DNA from: Macrostomum lignano
Taxonomy: Eukaryota
DNA length: 64,000 nucleotides
Reading direction: 5' to 3'
Assembly: GCA_002269645.1 (NCBI GenBank)
Contig: NIVC01001693.1
Coordinates: 1 to 64,000 of the forward strand
In this document: positions 1 through 11,738 of the stretch, in pieces
Layout of the letters: every line of letters starts with the position of its first letter
How positions within the stretch are numbered: position 1 is the first letter of the stretch
The notes under the pieces: model-generated
Told to the model about the DNA's origin: nothing
The model's input: only the letters and a program-made list of their open reading frames with translations
Databases searched by the model: none
Position numbers and translations under genes: made by a program

Positions 1-1966
1 GACAATGGCGTGCACTTTCGATGGAACGTCCAGGACGAAAGCGGCGTGCTGATTAGGGGAGAGCGGGGAGTTCCTCAGCTCAACGAGGAGAAGGCGCCAG
101 AGCACCAGCCGTTCCATCAGTTTGAGGAAGAAGGACGTCAGACTGATAGGGCGGTAAGCTTTGGCGGAGTGATAGTCTCCCTTTCCTGGCTTGGGTATGA
201 AGACTACCGTAGCCTCTTGCCAGGCTTTTGGCACATACCGAGGGTAATGCTGGCCTTGAAGAGGTTGCAGAGGAGGCCGAGAAACCTATCATTTTTAACT
301 GCCTCATGAAGGAAGGCAGGATAAATGTTGTCAGGACCCGGGGACTTGAAAGGAGAGAAGGATTTTGCGGCGCGAGCCGTCCTCTCTCTAGTAATGATGG
401 TCGAAGCCAGGATCTGTCCGCCCGGAGAGTGGTCCGGTGGGCCTTGCTGCGGTGCGGCACGTGGGAAAGAGCTGGTGAGCATAATGTCCAGCGATTCCCC
501 AGGGTTCTCAGCGAGCCGGCCGTCCGGTCTTTTAATAACTGAGAGCTTTGACATTTTGTCGAGGGTGAGAGCCTTAACTACGCGCGAAGTAGGGCGGGTG
601 CCTTCTAACTCCGCGCAGTATTGGCGCCATTTGTCGGACTTGCCTTTCCTGGTTTCACGCTTAAAGTCGCGGATCGCTTCTTGATAGGCGGCCAGGTCAG
701 CTGGGTCCTTGCTCTTGCGAGCTTTCCGTTGGAGGCACTTTGCCTTGCGCCGGAGGGATCGAGCGCCGGGTGCCACCAGGGGGCGGATTTTTTGCCTTTG
801 TAGGCTTTAAGAGGACAGGAAGCCTCATGGGCTGTCAGGACGGTCTTGCTGAGCAAGTCTGCAAGGTCATCCACTTCCTGACAGGTGGTTGGAGCGACGG
901 TAGTCAGCTGATCTGTCTGGCATTTCAGGGTTTCCGTGAAAGCCGTCCAGTCAGTGTTCCGGACGTTCCTTTTCCACAGAATTTGAGGCTTGGGGCAAGA
1001 GGATTGCAAACGAAAACGAAAGAAGCGATGGTCAGACAGAAACTCCTCTTCGTCCCACACCTCCCAGTCCTTGACTAAAGGAGCCAAGCCATGGGAGACG
1101 AGGGTAACGTCGAGGGCCTCCGTCCATCGCCAGTTGTCAAAGTGGGGGTTCCACCAATGTTGCAAAACTCAGTGTTGGTGGTGCAGATGTAAGCAAGGAG
1201 TTCCTCGCCTCTGCTATTGGAAGAATTACTGCCCCAGTGGGTGTGGTGAGCGTTGATGTCGCCCGCCACCAGCAGCTCGAACCTACGGTTAGAGCAGTAG
1301 TCCACGAGGGAGGTGAGGTTGGGTGGAACCGCGGGCCATCGCCAGGGATATAAATCGAGGCGATTATGACCGTGCGGTTGGTGATAATGTGGATGGACTG
1401 AATGACACAGAGATCTCTGTCAGAGAGGTCCGGTCTGTGCCAAGCTTTGAGATGGCTAGACACGAACATGGCTGCTCTGGGGTTTTGAGGGTCCTGAAAA
1501 CAGTCAAAACCAGCAGGAATATTCGGAATCTTACCTTTCTTTGTCCAGGGCTCCTGGAGTAGGATGATGCCCGGTTTCGCAAAGTTTGCCACCCGCATCA
1601 GGTTGGTCGAGGCCGCGATGCAGTGGTGCAGGTTTAGCTGCAGGATGTCCACTCCGGGGATTCCACGAGTGGTCCGCGCAGCTTCCTGCCGGCTCAAGGC
1701 GAGTTGTGCAGGAGAGCTGCCTCTTCTGCCTCGCCGATAGCTCCAGGTTCCAGCTCCATGGGCTCCTCCCGGATGGATTCCATGGTCGAGGGCGATGTCG
1801 CTACCTGGGCGGCATTCTCGCTCTCGGCCCGGTTTTCCGGGGGGGGGGCGCAGTGGTGACACTGGGCTGGGGGTGGCTGCGGTTGGGGGCCGCTGCTCGC
1901 CCAGTACCTCCGGGATACGCCGGTGAGGAGGACTGCGCTGCAGGCGAGACCGACGGGTCCCCCTGA
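1..1966 (-). mobile_element. Non-LTR retrotransposon ORF2 (AP endonuclease + N-terminal RT), LOA/Lian- or R1-like; frameshifted, runs off the left edge
   Basis: Minus-strand pieces in different frames: APE motifs DILQLNLHHC, IILLQEPW, IASIYIP, LVAGDINAHH..WGS, FLSDHRF; linker APWW, WRQYC; pre-RT KSPGPDNI; and a manual translation of 1-235, YVPKAWQEATVVFIPKPGKGDYHSAKAYRPISLTSFFLKLMERLV (RT domain 1). Several frameshifts. Confidence 0.92.
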
Positions 1967-1999
1967 GTGAGTATTGAGTATTGAGTACATGAGTATTGG

Positions 2000-2110
2000 C
2001 ATCTCAGCAATCCCCCCGTAAGACCTAACATCTCAGCAATCCCCCCGTAAGACCTAACATCTCAGCAATCCCCCCGTAAGACTTAACATCTCAGCAATTC
2101 CTCCCCCCCA
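2000..2110. repeat. ~29-bp minisatellite (catctcagcaatccccccgtaagacctaa) x3-4, degenerating to ~2380
   Basis: Direct tandem copies visible; decayed units continue downstream. Confidence 0.85.
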
Positions 2111-2490
2111 CAGCTGGCAGAACTTCGGTAATTTCTCCATAAGCCTTGTCGTCTCAGCAGCCACAGGATTTAAATAATTCCCACATGATCCTTGACATCT
2201 CAGCGATTCTCGCCAAGAGTCATAGAATTATAGCAATTCCCCCAAGCCTAAACATCTCAGAAAATTTTCCATGGGTCTTGACATCAAAGCAATTTTCAAT
2301 ATAAGCCTTAGCATCTTAGCAATTCCCCCATTAATCTAGTAATCTTAACATCTTACCAATTTCTCAAAGAACCTTTTATGTTCGATATGGTGCTTCTTTC
2401 ATAGTCTAACCCAAGCCCTAGCCCAAACCGTGTGAAAGTCACAACATATCAGCGATTCCAGAATCCTCATACATGTTAGTCTTGGCAGTT

Positions 2491-3058
2491 CCCCGTGAGC
2501 CACAGATTTTCAGATACTCCCCCTACAAGCCCTGAAAACTCAGCAGTTCTTCCCAAATGAGCTTTTGACATCCCATGGCAATACCCCGTGAGCCACAGAT
2601 TTTCAGATACTCCCCCTACAAGGCCTGAAAACTCAGCAGTTCACCCCAAATGAGCCTTTGACATCCCATGGCAATACCCCGTGAGCCACAGATTTTCAGA
2701 TACTCCCCCTACAAGCCCTGAAAACTCAGCAGTTCTTCCCAAATGAGCCTTTGACATCCCATGGCAATACCCCGTGAGCCACAGATTTTCAGATACTCCC
2801 CCTACAAGGCCTGAAAACTCAGCAGTTCACCCCAAATGAGCCTTTGACATCCCATGGCAATACCCCGTGAGCCACAGATTTTCAGATACTCCCCCCTACA
2901 AGCCCTGAAAACTCAGCAGTTCTTCCCAAATGAGCCTTTGACATCCCATGGCAATACCCCGTGAGCCACAGATTTTCAGATACTCCCCCTACAAGCCCTG
3001 AAAACTCAGCAGTTCTTCCCAAATGAGCCTTTGACATCCCATGGCAATACCCCGTGAG
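2491..3058. repeat. ~93-bp tandem repeat x6 (higher-order repeat of ~31-bp subunits)
   Basis: ccccgtgagccacagattttcagatac recurs at 2491, 2584, 2677 and onward. Confidence 0.95.
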
Positions 3059-5217
3059 TCGATCTTTTATGTTCGACATGATAAAACTTTCAAGTTTGAC
3101 ATAAACGCTTCTTTTATGCTTAAAATGATGTTTATTTTAAACTTTTGTTCTTTTGTTGAGTTTAAACTTCTTCAATTTAAAAAAGCATTATTATTTTTAA
3201 AGTTAACAATGTGGTTACGCAATCTAAATCAAGTCTAATTTGCAATGCAGTCTTGTGCTATGCTTTCACATTGTGTTTTTCACACTGTGACGCAATTCGA
3301 GACGAAGTCACAATTGAGCCAGTAAAGACTTTCAGAATTCAGTCAGTATTTTTCCTCTACACTTCTTACAATGCATTGAGAGTAGAAAATTCTTCTTGGC
3401 CTTTGCAAAATGCATGTTATTCAAATATTGCTCTTGGAGAAGCCGAAAGATGCAAAGAAATAGAATAGCGTGGTTAAAAATGAAGCAAAAAACGGACGGG
3501 AAACCTGATTTCTTGGATAATTTTAGGAGACAGGTTTTTTCAAAAAATTACAGTACGGAGACAGGAACTTTTCATTTTATCAGCACAAAAATTGTTATTG
3601 TTTGCAAAGTAGATCCAATGTTCATCGTTTAATATGTTTTGCCTTTCTTATTGCTCTTTGATATTCATAAAGCTTTTCGTTCAGAAAATTAGGCTTCTAT
3701 GTTAATTTTTTTCTACGTACATTACCTGTACTTAAAAATCATAAAAATGCATGCAAAACAGCTCATTGGTTTTGTGAATAGTGCAAGACGAAAACAGAAC
3801 TGATGCTAAACGTGAATTTTTGGAATTCAAGGAGAGAAGTTCCTCTTTTGGTCGTGCAAGTAAACTGCTCATGCAAAAGTGTACTTTTCAATTCGCGTAG
3901 TCACAAGCACGAAGTTCCCCTTCTTGACGGAAAAGAAGATGTACAGCAGCATTTATTCACATTCAGTGTAGAACTCAAAAAGAACCTATGGTCTCTTCCC
4001 CAGCTACAAATCTGAAAAATCAGTGTCCTGGCACACTTTTTTATTTGCGAGGATTCTATAATCCCTCTACATGTGGAATAGAGATCATTAAATCACTTTT
4101 AACAGCAGAAGCACAGAAGTCTTTTAGTCTTCCATTAATTTCTCATTGAGAGGGCTAAGTTGGAAAGAATTACTACTGCATTTGAATATTAACTAACTAT
4201 AATGTGGTAATTTAACTAGCTACATTCGATTTTAAATCATAGAGCTGTGATTCAAATGTACAATAGTAAAAATAGTGCGTTCGTACGTACTGAGAGAGAC
4301 GAGATTCTGATGCTGGTAGAAAGGGAACATTAGCGATATTAATTATTAATGCCTCTCACAAACAGGGTTATTTCGTTTCTATATTCTTGTTGGGCTTATA
4401 AGCCCGTAAATAGTAGTAGGTTATAGCTTATGTGCATTGAAATGCAGCTCATCTTAGCTAAAGTGAGAGAATTCTTTCAAACACTGCTTCCGAGTCTTTG
4501 CATTCCTTTTCCTCGTTAGCAGAACTCTGATAAAAAATAACTGACAAAAAATGGATGGCAGTTTGGTAAAATCGATTGCAGAAAGGTACAAGCGTATATT
4601 AGTATATAACTATCACTATTACATTTCGTCTAAAACTACAGAAATGTACTTCGACGTGAAGACACAATTTTGGAATCAAACGATTGAAACAATAATTCAC
4701 AAGATACATTTTCGCCTTTCGACTTTGGTATAACATGATTCTTTCTGACATACTGTACAGGAAAATTATTGCAGAAAGATTACCGTAATATTAATTGCGT
4801 TAAAAAAAGATGAAAAAAATTGCATAGATAAATAAAGTTTTTAAATTATAATACATGTAAATGACAGTTTTTGAAGAATACGGGCTAATCAGCTACAAGT
4901 GAATCGAAGCATTACGACTCCGTTTGAGAAGGCTTACATTAAAGACCTGCAACACATATGCTCGTACTTTAACGTATCTAGCTACTGTAAGAGAAACTTA
5001 AAAATAAAAACAGTAATAGGATATAGCCTAATAGTCGGCTAGTTAGCTAAGATGGAGCCAGTTTAACTAAGGCCTCAAAAAGTTTATAGGAGTGAGTACT
5101 GTTAATTATAAACTGCAAGCCAGTGCTGTAACTGTAAAGCCAGAATTAAAGTCTTAACTTTAAAAAAAACCGCATCACAAGTGTCAGTTAATTGTACCTA
5201 TGAGTCTTGCTTGCTCC

Positions 5218-6288
5218 TCACATGTTGCGGCAAGCCTTGCTTTTTTTCTTATTTTTTTCGATTTCCAGCTTCTTGAGCCGCTCTTCCAATTCTTCATTTC
5301 TCTGTCTCATGCTTTCTTGTTGTTGCTTCATCTCATCATTTTCTTGCTTCCTTCTTTCCGCCTCCTGCTTTAGAGTTTCCTGTTCCTCCTTCATTTTTTC
5401 GTTTTCCAGAGCCATCTTCTCATTCTTGATTCGATTGTCCTCGTTCTCTTGCTTCAGGCGTTCCTGCTCCTTGAAGATCCTCAGGGCAATCTCCATGTTC
5501 TCGGCCATTTTCTCGGTGACGGTAAACAGACCAGTGATGGAATCTCCCAAGCTGTTCAGATCCCGCAGAGCATCATCAAGCTTTCCTCTTTGGTCGTCAA
5601 ACTCACCAGCCAGTTTTTCCAGTTTTTTCGCCTTATCGTAGGTGTAGGCTCCCGCGCCAGCCGCGGCTGCACCCATTGCAGCAGCTCCAACCGCAGCGAC
5701 GCCTCCTGTAGCAAAGGTGAGAAAGCCAAGAGCGGCAGCGCCTAGAACTCCTGCAGCGCCATATCCGCGAGCCTTCGTGGTCGAGGCTTTGGACCTGCTT
5801 TCCGCGGCTGCGACTCTGCACCGCTCTGCGAGGCGAGACCCTACGTCAACAGCACGATTCAGTTTCTCTCTGAACTCTTTGTAGCACTTGCCACAGTTGC
5901 CGGCACTCTCCAGCATTAACTGCAGCAGCTGAATGCAATTTTGAACTTCAGCGCGACTAATTTCCTTTCGTTCAAAGGTCTCGTAAATGTAATTTTCAAA
6001 GGACTGCCACTTTTCCCTCAGCTCAAGACATCTTGACCTCAGATCTTCTCCAGAAGCATTTGTGTCTCGCATTGCGTCTCGAAAATCACTGACCTCGGCT
6101 TGGGCGATGCTGGCGGCTTCCTTGGTCAATTCCGTCAGAATATCGTGCGATTGTTGTGTGACAGCTGATACAGTATCATAGATGCTACTTGCAGTGCTTG
6201 CTATTTTGCTAGCAGCTTCAGTCGCTGTCGTTAGGTTGCTCATCATGTTCATAACGTTCGTGGCTGCGCCTGTCTTTTTTTGCGACAT
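5218..6288 (-). CDS. Cluster protein P1: 356-aa helical protein with Gly/Ala hydrophobic hairpin, coiled-coil tail and polybasic+CaaX end (ApoL/ClyA-HBL-like architecture)
   Basis: Intronless ORF. First ATG at 6288 in AAAACAATG context (the track's TTG at 6321 is less likely). Hairpin GYGAAGVLGAAALGFLTFATGGVAAVGAAAMGAAAAGAGAY; E/K/Q heptad tail; C-terminus KKKSKACRNM. Clear paralogy to 19234-20286. Confidence 0.88.
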   Translation of the reverse strand: MSQKKTGAATNVMNMMSNLTTATEAASKIASTASSIYDTVSAVTQQSHDILTELTKEAASIAQAEVSDFRDAMRDTNASGEDLRSRCLELREKWQSFENYIYETFERKEISRAEVQNCIQLLQLMLESAGNCGKCYKEFREKLNRAVDVGSRLAERCRVAAAESRSKASTTKARGYGAAGVLGAAALGFLTFATGGVAAVGAAAMGAAAAGAGAYTYDKAKKLEKLAGEFDDQRGKLDDALRDLNSLGDSITGLFTVTEKMAENMEIALRIFKEQERLKQENEDNRIKNEKMALENEKMKEEQETLKQEAERRKQENDEMKQQQESMRQRNEELEERLKKLEIEKNKKKSKACRNM

Positions 6289-6395
6289 TGTTTTGATCCT
6301 GTTTGTTATTCTTTGTCTCAAAAAATACTACAAGTCTGCTTTTAGCGTAGGATCTCGAGCTAATTTTGATCGTATGTAGAACTCCCGTTCTTTAT

Positions 6396-6403
6396 TATTT
6401 ATA
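6396..6403 (-). promoter_or_regulatory. Candidate TATA box of P1
   Basis: TATAAATA on the minus strand ~110 bp upstream of the ATG at 6288. Confidence 0.45.
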
Positions 6404-7744
6404 GTGTTAAAGGTACGTACACTCATGTGACATTGTGTGCGCGCCGTTTACATGTATTTACTATTTTACATGAAGTTCTTGTCCAATGAGAGTGCAGCAC
6501 TTGTTCTTAGAAATTTTCGTCCGAAATTTACTTACTCATAGCTTCTCATAGCTCATATCATAAAACTCATAGTTTTTTCTCCACCTCAACGAGGATGTGG
6601 ATATTTGTTATGTTTTTATTTTCCTATGGAATTATCCAAGACGGCATTGGAGACAGGGTGCGCTGTGCGCTGATGCCCATTTTTCCAGAAAGGTTTGGCT
6701 TGAAGCAGAAATAATAGAATTGGCTAGCGCATAGCCCTCAAAATTTAGAGCAAATTTTGGTGCTAAGCCGACTTACAGGAGATTTTTATGTTGTAAATGA
6801 GTAGTGGATGTACATTGATCTATAATGGTGCGTTATGGAGAACGATTTCACTGATGCGTCAATGGGCTATGGCCGGTGGCACAATATTTAACAATGTCTT
6901 CCTTAAAATTAAAAATAGGAAGGTAAAAATCTGGGAAAAATACTTCAATAATGGAAGCGTCAGTTTGTCAGCTCAGTCCTTAATAATTAACCATCTCCTT
7001 GTAGCTCTTTTTGCCGTCCTTCGGCTGCCATTGGCTGTCTTTTGAGCTGCTCTGACGTCTAGGGCAGTCGCTTGGCGTCTGGTGCCGTCCCCGATGCATG
7101 ACCAGCGAGTCCCCATGCACTTCGGACGTGCTCCCCACCCCTAATATGGTCTACGGAGCCGACTCTTCAAATGCGTCGGTCTTTCATGGTGATTGTGGTG
7201 ATTGCTGTCAGAATGACGTGGTCTGTCCGTCTCAATATGTCGTTTAGCTCGTAAATCCTCTCAGACTGGCGATCCTGTTTGCTGATGGCGGGGTCGCGAG
7301 TGCTGAAGGCTCAGAACAGTGATATTGATTTGCGACCAAACAGCAGACTGCCCGATGCGACACCCGTACTTAGCGGCAACATGAACTGAGTGAATCGCCT
7401 GGTTGAGTCCCTGGTTGCATCATTATGGCATTGACACTGTTGGCCCGGGATAGAATGACGCGAGCCATTGCACACTTTCTCTCCAGTGTTTTGCAAACTT
7501 TACTAGCTAACTTTCTTCGATGATATTATGAGTGGAAACTGTAGACATCAAAGCTTGTAGCGGCAGAAAAAAATTAAGAATTTGTACCATTTTAAGCTGC
7601 AGTTTATGGACTACAATTAATTTTTAATCTATAAATTACCAATAAACCGGCATACCAGCTATGAACAAAAGTTTACATCGATATTGTGCTGCATTGTACC
7701 AAAGATATTTGTTTTAAGCTACACTTTAAGAGTGAGGGACGGGG

Positions 7745-7913
7745 CAAGGAGTTCTATAATTAGCAACCTGGAGTGAAAACGAGTTTTTCAGTTTTACCTC
7801 ATGAGGCCAGACTAGCATAGACATTCAGTGCTGGCTCCTTATCTCTACAATTGGCGTGGCCTCATGAGGTAAAACTCGCTTCCACTCCAGATTGCCAATT
7901 ATAGAACTCCTTG
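7745..7913. mobile_element. Fold-back inverted repeat / MITE-like element
   Basis: Arm 7745-7808 (caaggagttctataattagcaacctggagtg...ttttacctcatgaggcc) is the near reverse complement of 7858-7913 (ggcctcatgaggtaaaactcgcttccactccagattgccaattatagaactccttg), ~50-bp spacer. Confidence 0.75.
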
Positions 7914-8335
7914 GACGGGGGTTTGGTGGCAAAGCCCCACCCACCACCGTAGACTATTTTACATGTAATATAGAGTTTTGGCCACAGATAAATCGTTGTA
8001 CAATGGTAACTTCTAGTATAGGGGTCCATGTTTTCGTGCTTTCTCTAGTGCTCAATTTTCAAGCGTTAATGTGTCAATGGGTATTAACAAGCATAGAAAC
8101 TGGCCCGCCAGGCCAAAATTTCAATTTTTTGCGCGTGCTTCTTACCTAAAGCAATCCGAGTACAGAAAAGGGGGTTCATCTAGCTACCTGTACTGGATGT
8201 ACACTTACTATGTTCACTGACTCAGTCATGGAGAGAATTTTCTTACTTAAGCTGAGAGCGGCTGCATTTGATTGCATTTGATGATATTTGAGTTCTTGAA
8301 TTCAGTGTACTCGTTGCTCCTAATGCAAATTTGGA

Positions 8336-11300
8336 CTGCGCACAGTTAAAGGGAACTTCATGTGGTAGAGATATTTTGCGAGCTTCTATACCTGCGTTTC
8401 ACGCGTAACCTCATCCAATAAAGTAAAGCCATTGTACAGCGGCTGGGTTCTCTCAACCACTGCTGCAGATTGCCACCTTTAGCTTAGCTACGCATTCTTC
8501 GAAGGCTTAACGGATTGAGAAAAGATAGAGCCGAGATGCACAGATGAGCCCCGTACAACATTAGAGCTCATTCCTTGGTATTCTGTACAGCAAGTCGAAT
8601 TTGAAGTTCCCTTTTGTCTCCTCCAATGTACGATTTTGAGTAAACAGATTACTCTAGCCACCTCACACCAGAGAACAGTACAGAGCTTCTGCAGTTTAGG
8701 AGTTTCGCAGAAATACGAGTATACACTTCAATTTTAATGCATATCTTTAAGTTTCTTCTCCTAAATTTATCCAGTAAGGTATACTCAGCAACAGTCAAAA
8801 TTTCCACCCCACTAAGCGAGATGATTTTTCACTTATTGCAAGTGACGCAACCTACGGCACGCGCAAAGCTTTTTGCCGCTTGGGGTGGCTTGGGTCTGCT
8901 TAATGGTCCAGGCCTGGACATTAAGTAGACCCAAGCCCAGGAACAACGCCCCGCCACATCAAGCCGATGCTGTTAGTCAACCGAAAGAACAGCTACAGCT
9001 GCCCACTCTGCGCTGTCCTTCCCGGTCCCCAGACATGAATCCCATCGAGCATGCCTGGGACTTCCTAAAACGCAACATTCGAAAATAGAATCCACCATGA
9101 ATTTTGCGGAGAGCTCTGCGTTATGCCATTGAAAACGCTTCGGAGCAGCTTCCCCAAGACTTTCTGCGCCGCCTCATCCTTGGGATGCCCCGCAGAGTCG
9201 TCGCACTTCTGCGTGCGAGGGGATACCACACGCATCGCGATTCTAACTGAATATCGCATAAAAAAATTATGATTTTGTGCGACTGACGTTTACTACGAGT
9301 ATTGATATTCAATCAACTTTCCCTTCCTCGCGGCGGCTTTGTAGTTGCGTAACTTGAGGGTTGAATTGTGAGTGTAAAGTTTTCGCAATTTGGAGGGTGG
9401 AACTTTTGACTGTTGCTGAGTATATACGTTGAAATACGCTGTATTCAATGTCTGCAGGTTGTCAACTCGAAAGTTTCGATTCTTCGAAGACCGCGCGAGA
9501 TAGAGAAAAATGCCAAGATATACAGAGACAACCGAGAGACACAACAGCACAGCAAAGCCATCAGTAATGCCAAGTTAGCTGGGAGAAGATAAAAATGCAC
9601 CAAGGGTGTTTTGGGCTCAGAGAGTGTAAATGACTGACAATTAGAAAGTGTGTGAGCGTGCGTATGAGTGCTGTGCCTGCGTACAGTATTGGCGCGCCTG
9701 TATGTGCTCAGGAGTCAGCTGAATGGGCAGAATTGCCTGGTTGTTGGTTGTGGAATGATGTCGTGGAAGGCGTTGCACCTTCTGCAAATATTAAACTCTT
9801 CTCGACTTCCACGAGAGACGAAATTCAAGCATGAGCAACAGTCTGTAAAAATGTACAGCAATGAGCGAAAATGGCTCTAGATATTAATTTACGACAGTTA
9901 TATAGAATGTCATTATATATTATCTAATTCAATATTGTTGCCACAATAGCAAGATATTAGGGATATTTTATGATAGACTGCATAAACAATCATAAATAAA
10001 CTGTACAAAAATAAACGGAACTTCGTCCAATGTACGCGCATAATTTAACTGGATGTACAGCGACAATAAGTTTATCAACGCTCTACCCCAGCGAGTTTTA
10101 AGAGCTGAATCCTACGAAGTCTTTATTGTCTGTCTCACCTGTCTCGAGTGTCTTTCGCCAATGCTCATAGCAGTAGTTAGATAGATGGGCATTTGCATGT
10201 ACGTATAGGTTACGTACAGTGCATAGCTCGTAATGGCCAGGACAACGAAAACACTACGTATGAGGCAGAGTGTTTTTTCAAATTTTTTGCCTTCTTTTTG
10301 TATTTGCAGCCTGTCTCAAGCGGTACACAGCGTACTAAACGGTTTGGGTGTGAAATTCAGTAATGGTACCAAAATGGTTGCAGGTTTTTTTCCCATATTG
10401 AGTAGCAATTGGGATATTAAGCGTCTGAGTACCCAATCATAAAGAATTTTCAACTCATGAACCAAGGACTTCTCTTGAACCAGCATCAATCTGCCTCAGA
10501 GAGAACCCCGGCTTACACGCGTTATTTATATTTCCAAGTGACAAGTTTGAGCATTGAGTATATAATTCGTCTTAGATAATGAGTACTAGTAGACAACGAT
10601 CAGTGAAGACTAGGTTTTACTACGCTCGTACTGATAGCTTGGATCATATATACGAGCTGCAAAATCCTGTCTTTTCCGTGTAGCTAATCATTGATTGGGT
10701 ACTGCTTATTGCTAATCTATTCTCATCCTCAAAGAGAATGAGAAAACTCACCACCTGTAGAAAAAATTGTTTTGAAATTCGGCCTTCACTGTTTTTGACA
10801 CTATACGTAAACTGCAGTACTAGTTTGTTTAATATTTCTGTGCATTTTACCACATCGTAGCTCGTACACCGCATATGTACGAAAAAGAGAACTTCATCTA
10901 TCTAACGTACAAACTTTTTTATCATTCGTCCCTTGTTTTAATAGCATCTTTACAGTAAACAACTAACCAAGCACTCAGACTGTAGAATTAATACTGTATT
11001 TAGTATTGTATTGTAAAGTGATGTTCGCTGATTTTTTCTAACCAGGAGACTAAAGCCGAGTTAGAAAGAAGAGGTTTGTAAAAAACGGTCATGAATCTAC
11101 GCGCAAGGCAGAAAGCATGACGATCAAGTTCAAAATACCCCAGGAATACGAAACTTTTTTACCTGTTAGGGCCTTTAGCTTAGGTAATGAAATCATAAAC
11201 CCGCTGTCAGGCTGTCTCACAATGCCGTACGCGTACAGCCATAGGCCACTTCGGTTTACTATAATCTTGTTTCTCGCTCATACTTCGAGAAGCCTCATTG

Positions 11301-11555
11301 CGGGAATTACAAATTAAAATGTACGCCCAAGTCTGTACATACGAAAGGGAACTTTGGCAAGAAATCTAGTAGTGCATGAGCAGTCCTTCGTAGCAAAACT
11401 GTTATAGAACCAAAGCAAACTGTCATTTTTGCATTTAAATAAAAATTCTCGCTCTAAAAATGACCAAACCACGCAAGAAAAAGCATCGAAAAAACCTAAA
11501 TGTAAAAAAATAAGTTTAAGAATAAAGTTTTCGCATCTCTTAAAAGGTAAAGCTA
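8336..11555 (+). repeat. Segmental duplication copy 1 (blocks ~8336-8750, 9440-9620, 10770-11555), homologous to 17108-18760
   Basis: Shared anchors such as ctgcgc..cagttaaa(a)gggaacttcatg, cgaaagtttcgattcttcgaa, caagcactcagactgta and aaagcatcgaaaaaacct in the same order in both copies. Confidence 0.9.
8870..9240 (+). mobile_element. Tc1/mariner transposase remnant (C-terminal half, stops and deletions)
   Basis: Translates to AWGG..., NNAPPH, PSRSPDMNPIEHAWDFLKR and LILGMPRRVVALLRARGYHTR, matching the Tc1 WPxxSPDLNPIEHxW and SMPRRxxAVIxAKGGHTKY motifs. Confidence 0.9.
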
Positions 11556-11738
11556 TTCTTTGTATGCTTCTTAAATCACAGAAGTTGAAAAAATCCAGAA
11601 ATTATGGCACTCGGGTGCTAAAATTAAGGTCGTACATGATCGGTTTTTAACTAGCAAAGAGCTTCTTAAAAGCTAGTAATTTACCTAGTTTCAAACTTAA
11701 ACTTAACAAAAAAATGAATGCATGTCCATTTCAGAACA

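Noticed and set aside
5207-5745. Hydrophobic Phe/Ser-rich ORFs antisense to P1 (also antisense ORFs in P2-P5)
   Set aside because: Complement of the E/K-rich coiled-coil codons.
6504-6512. Single TTCTTAGAA ~215 bp upstream of P1
   Set aside because: One such motif is expected by chance every few kb of AT-rich DNA; no equivalent was found near P2-P4.
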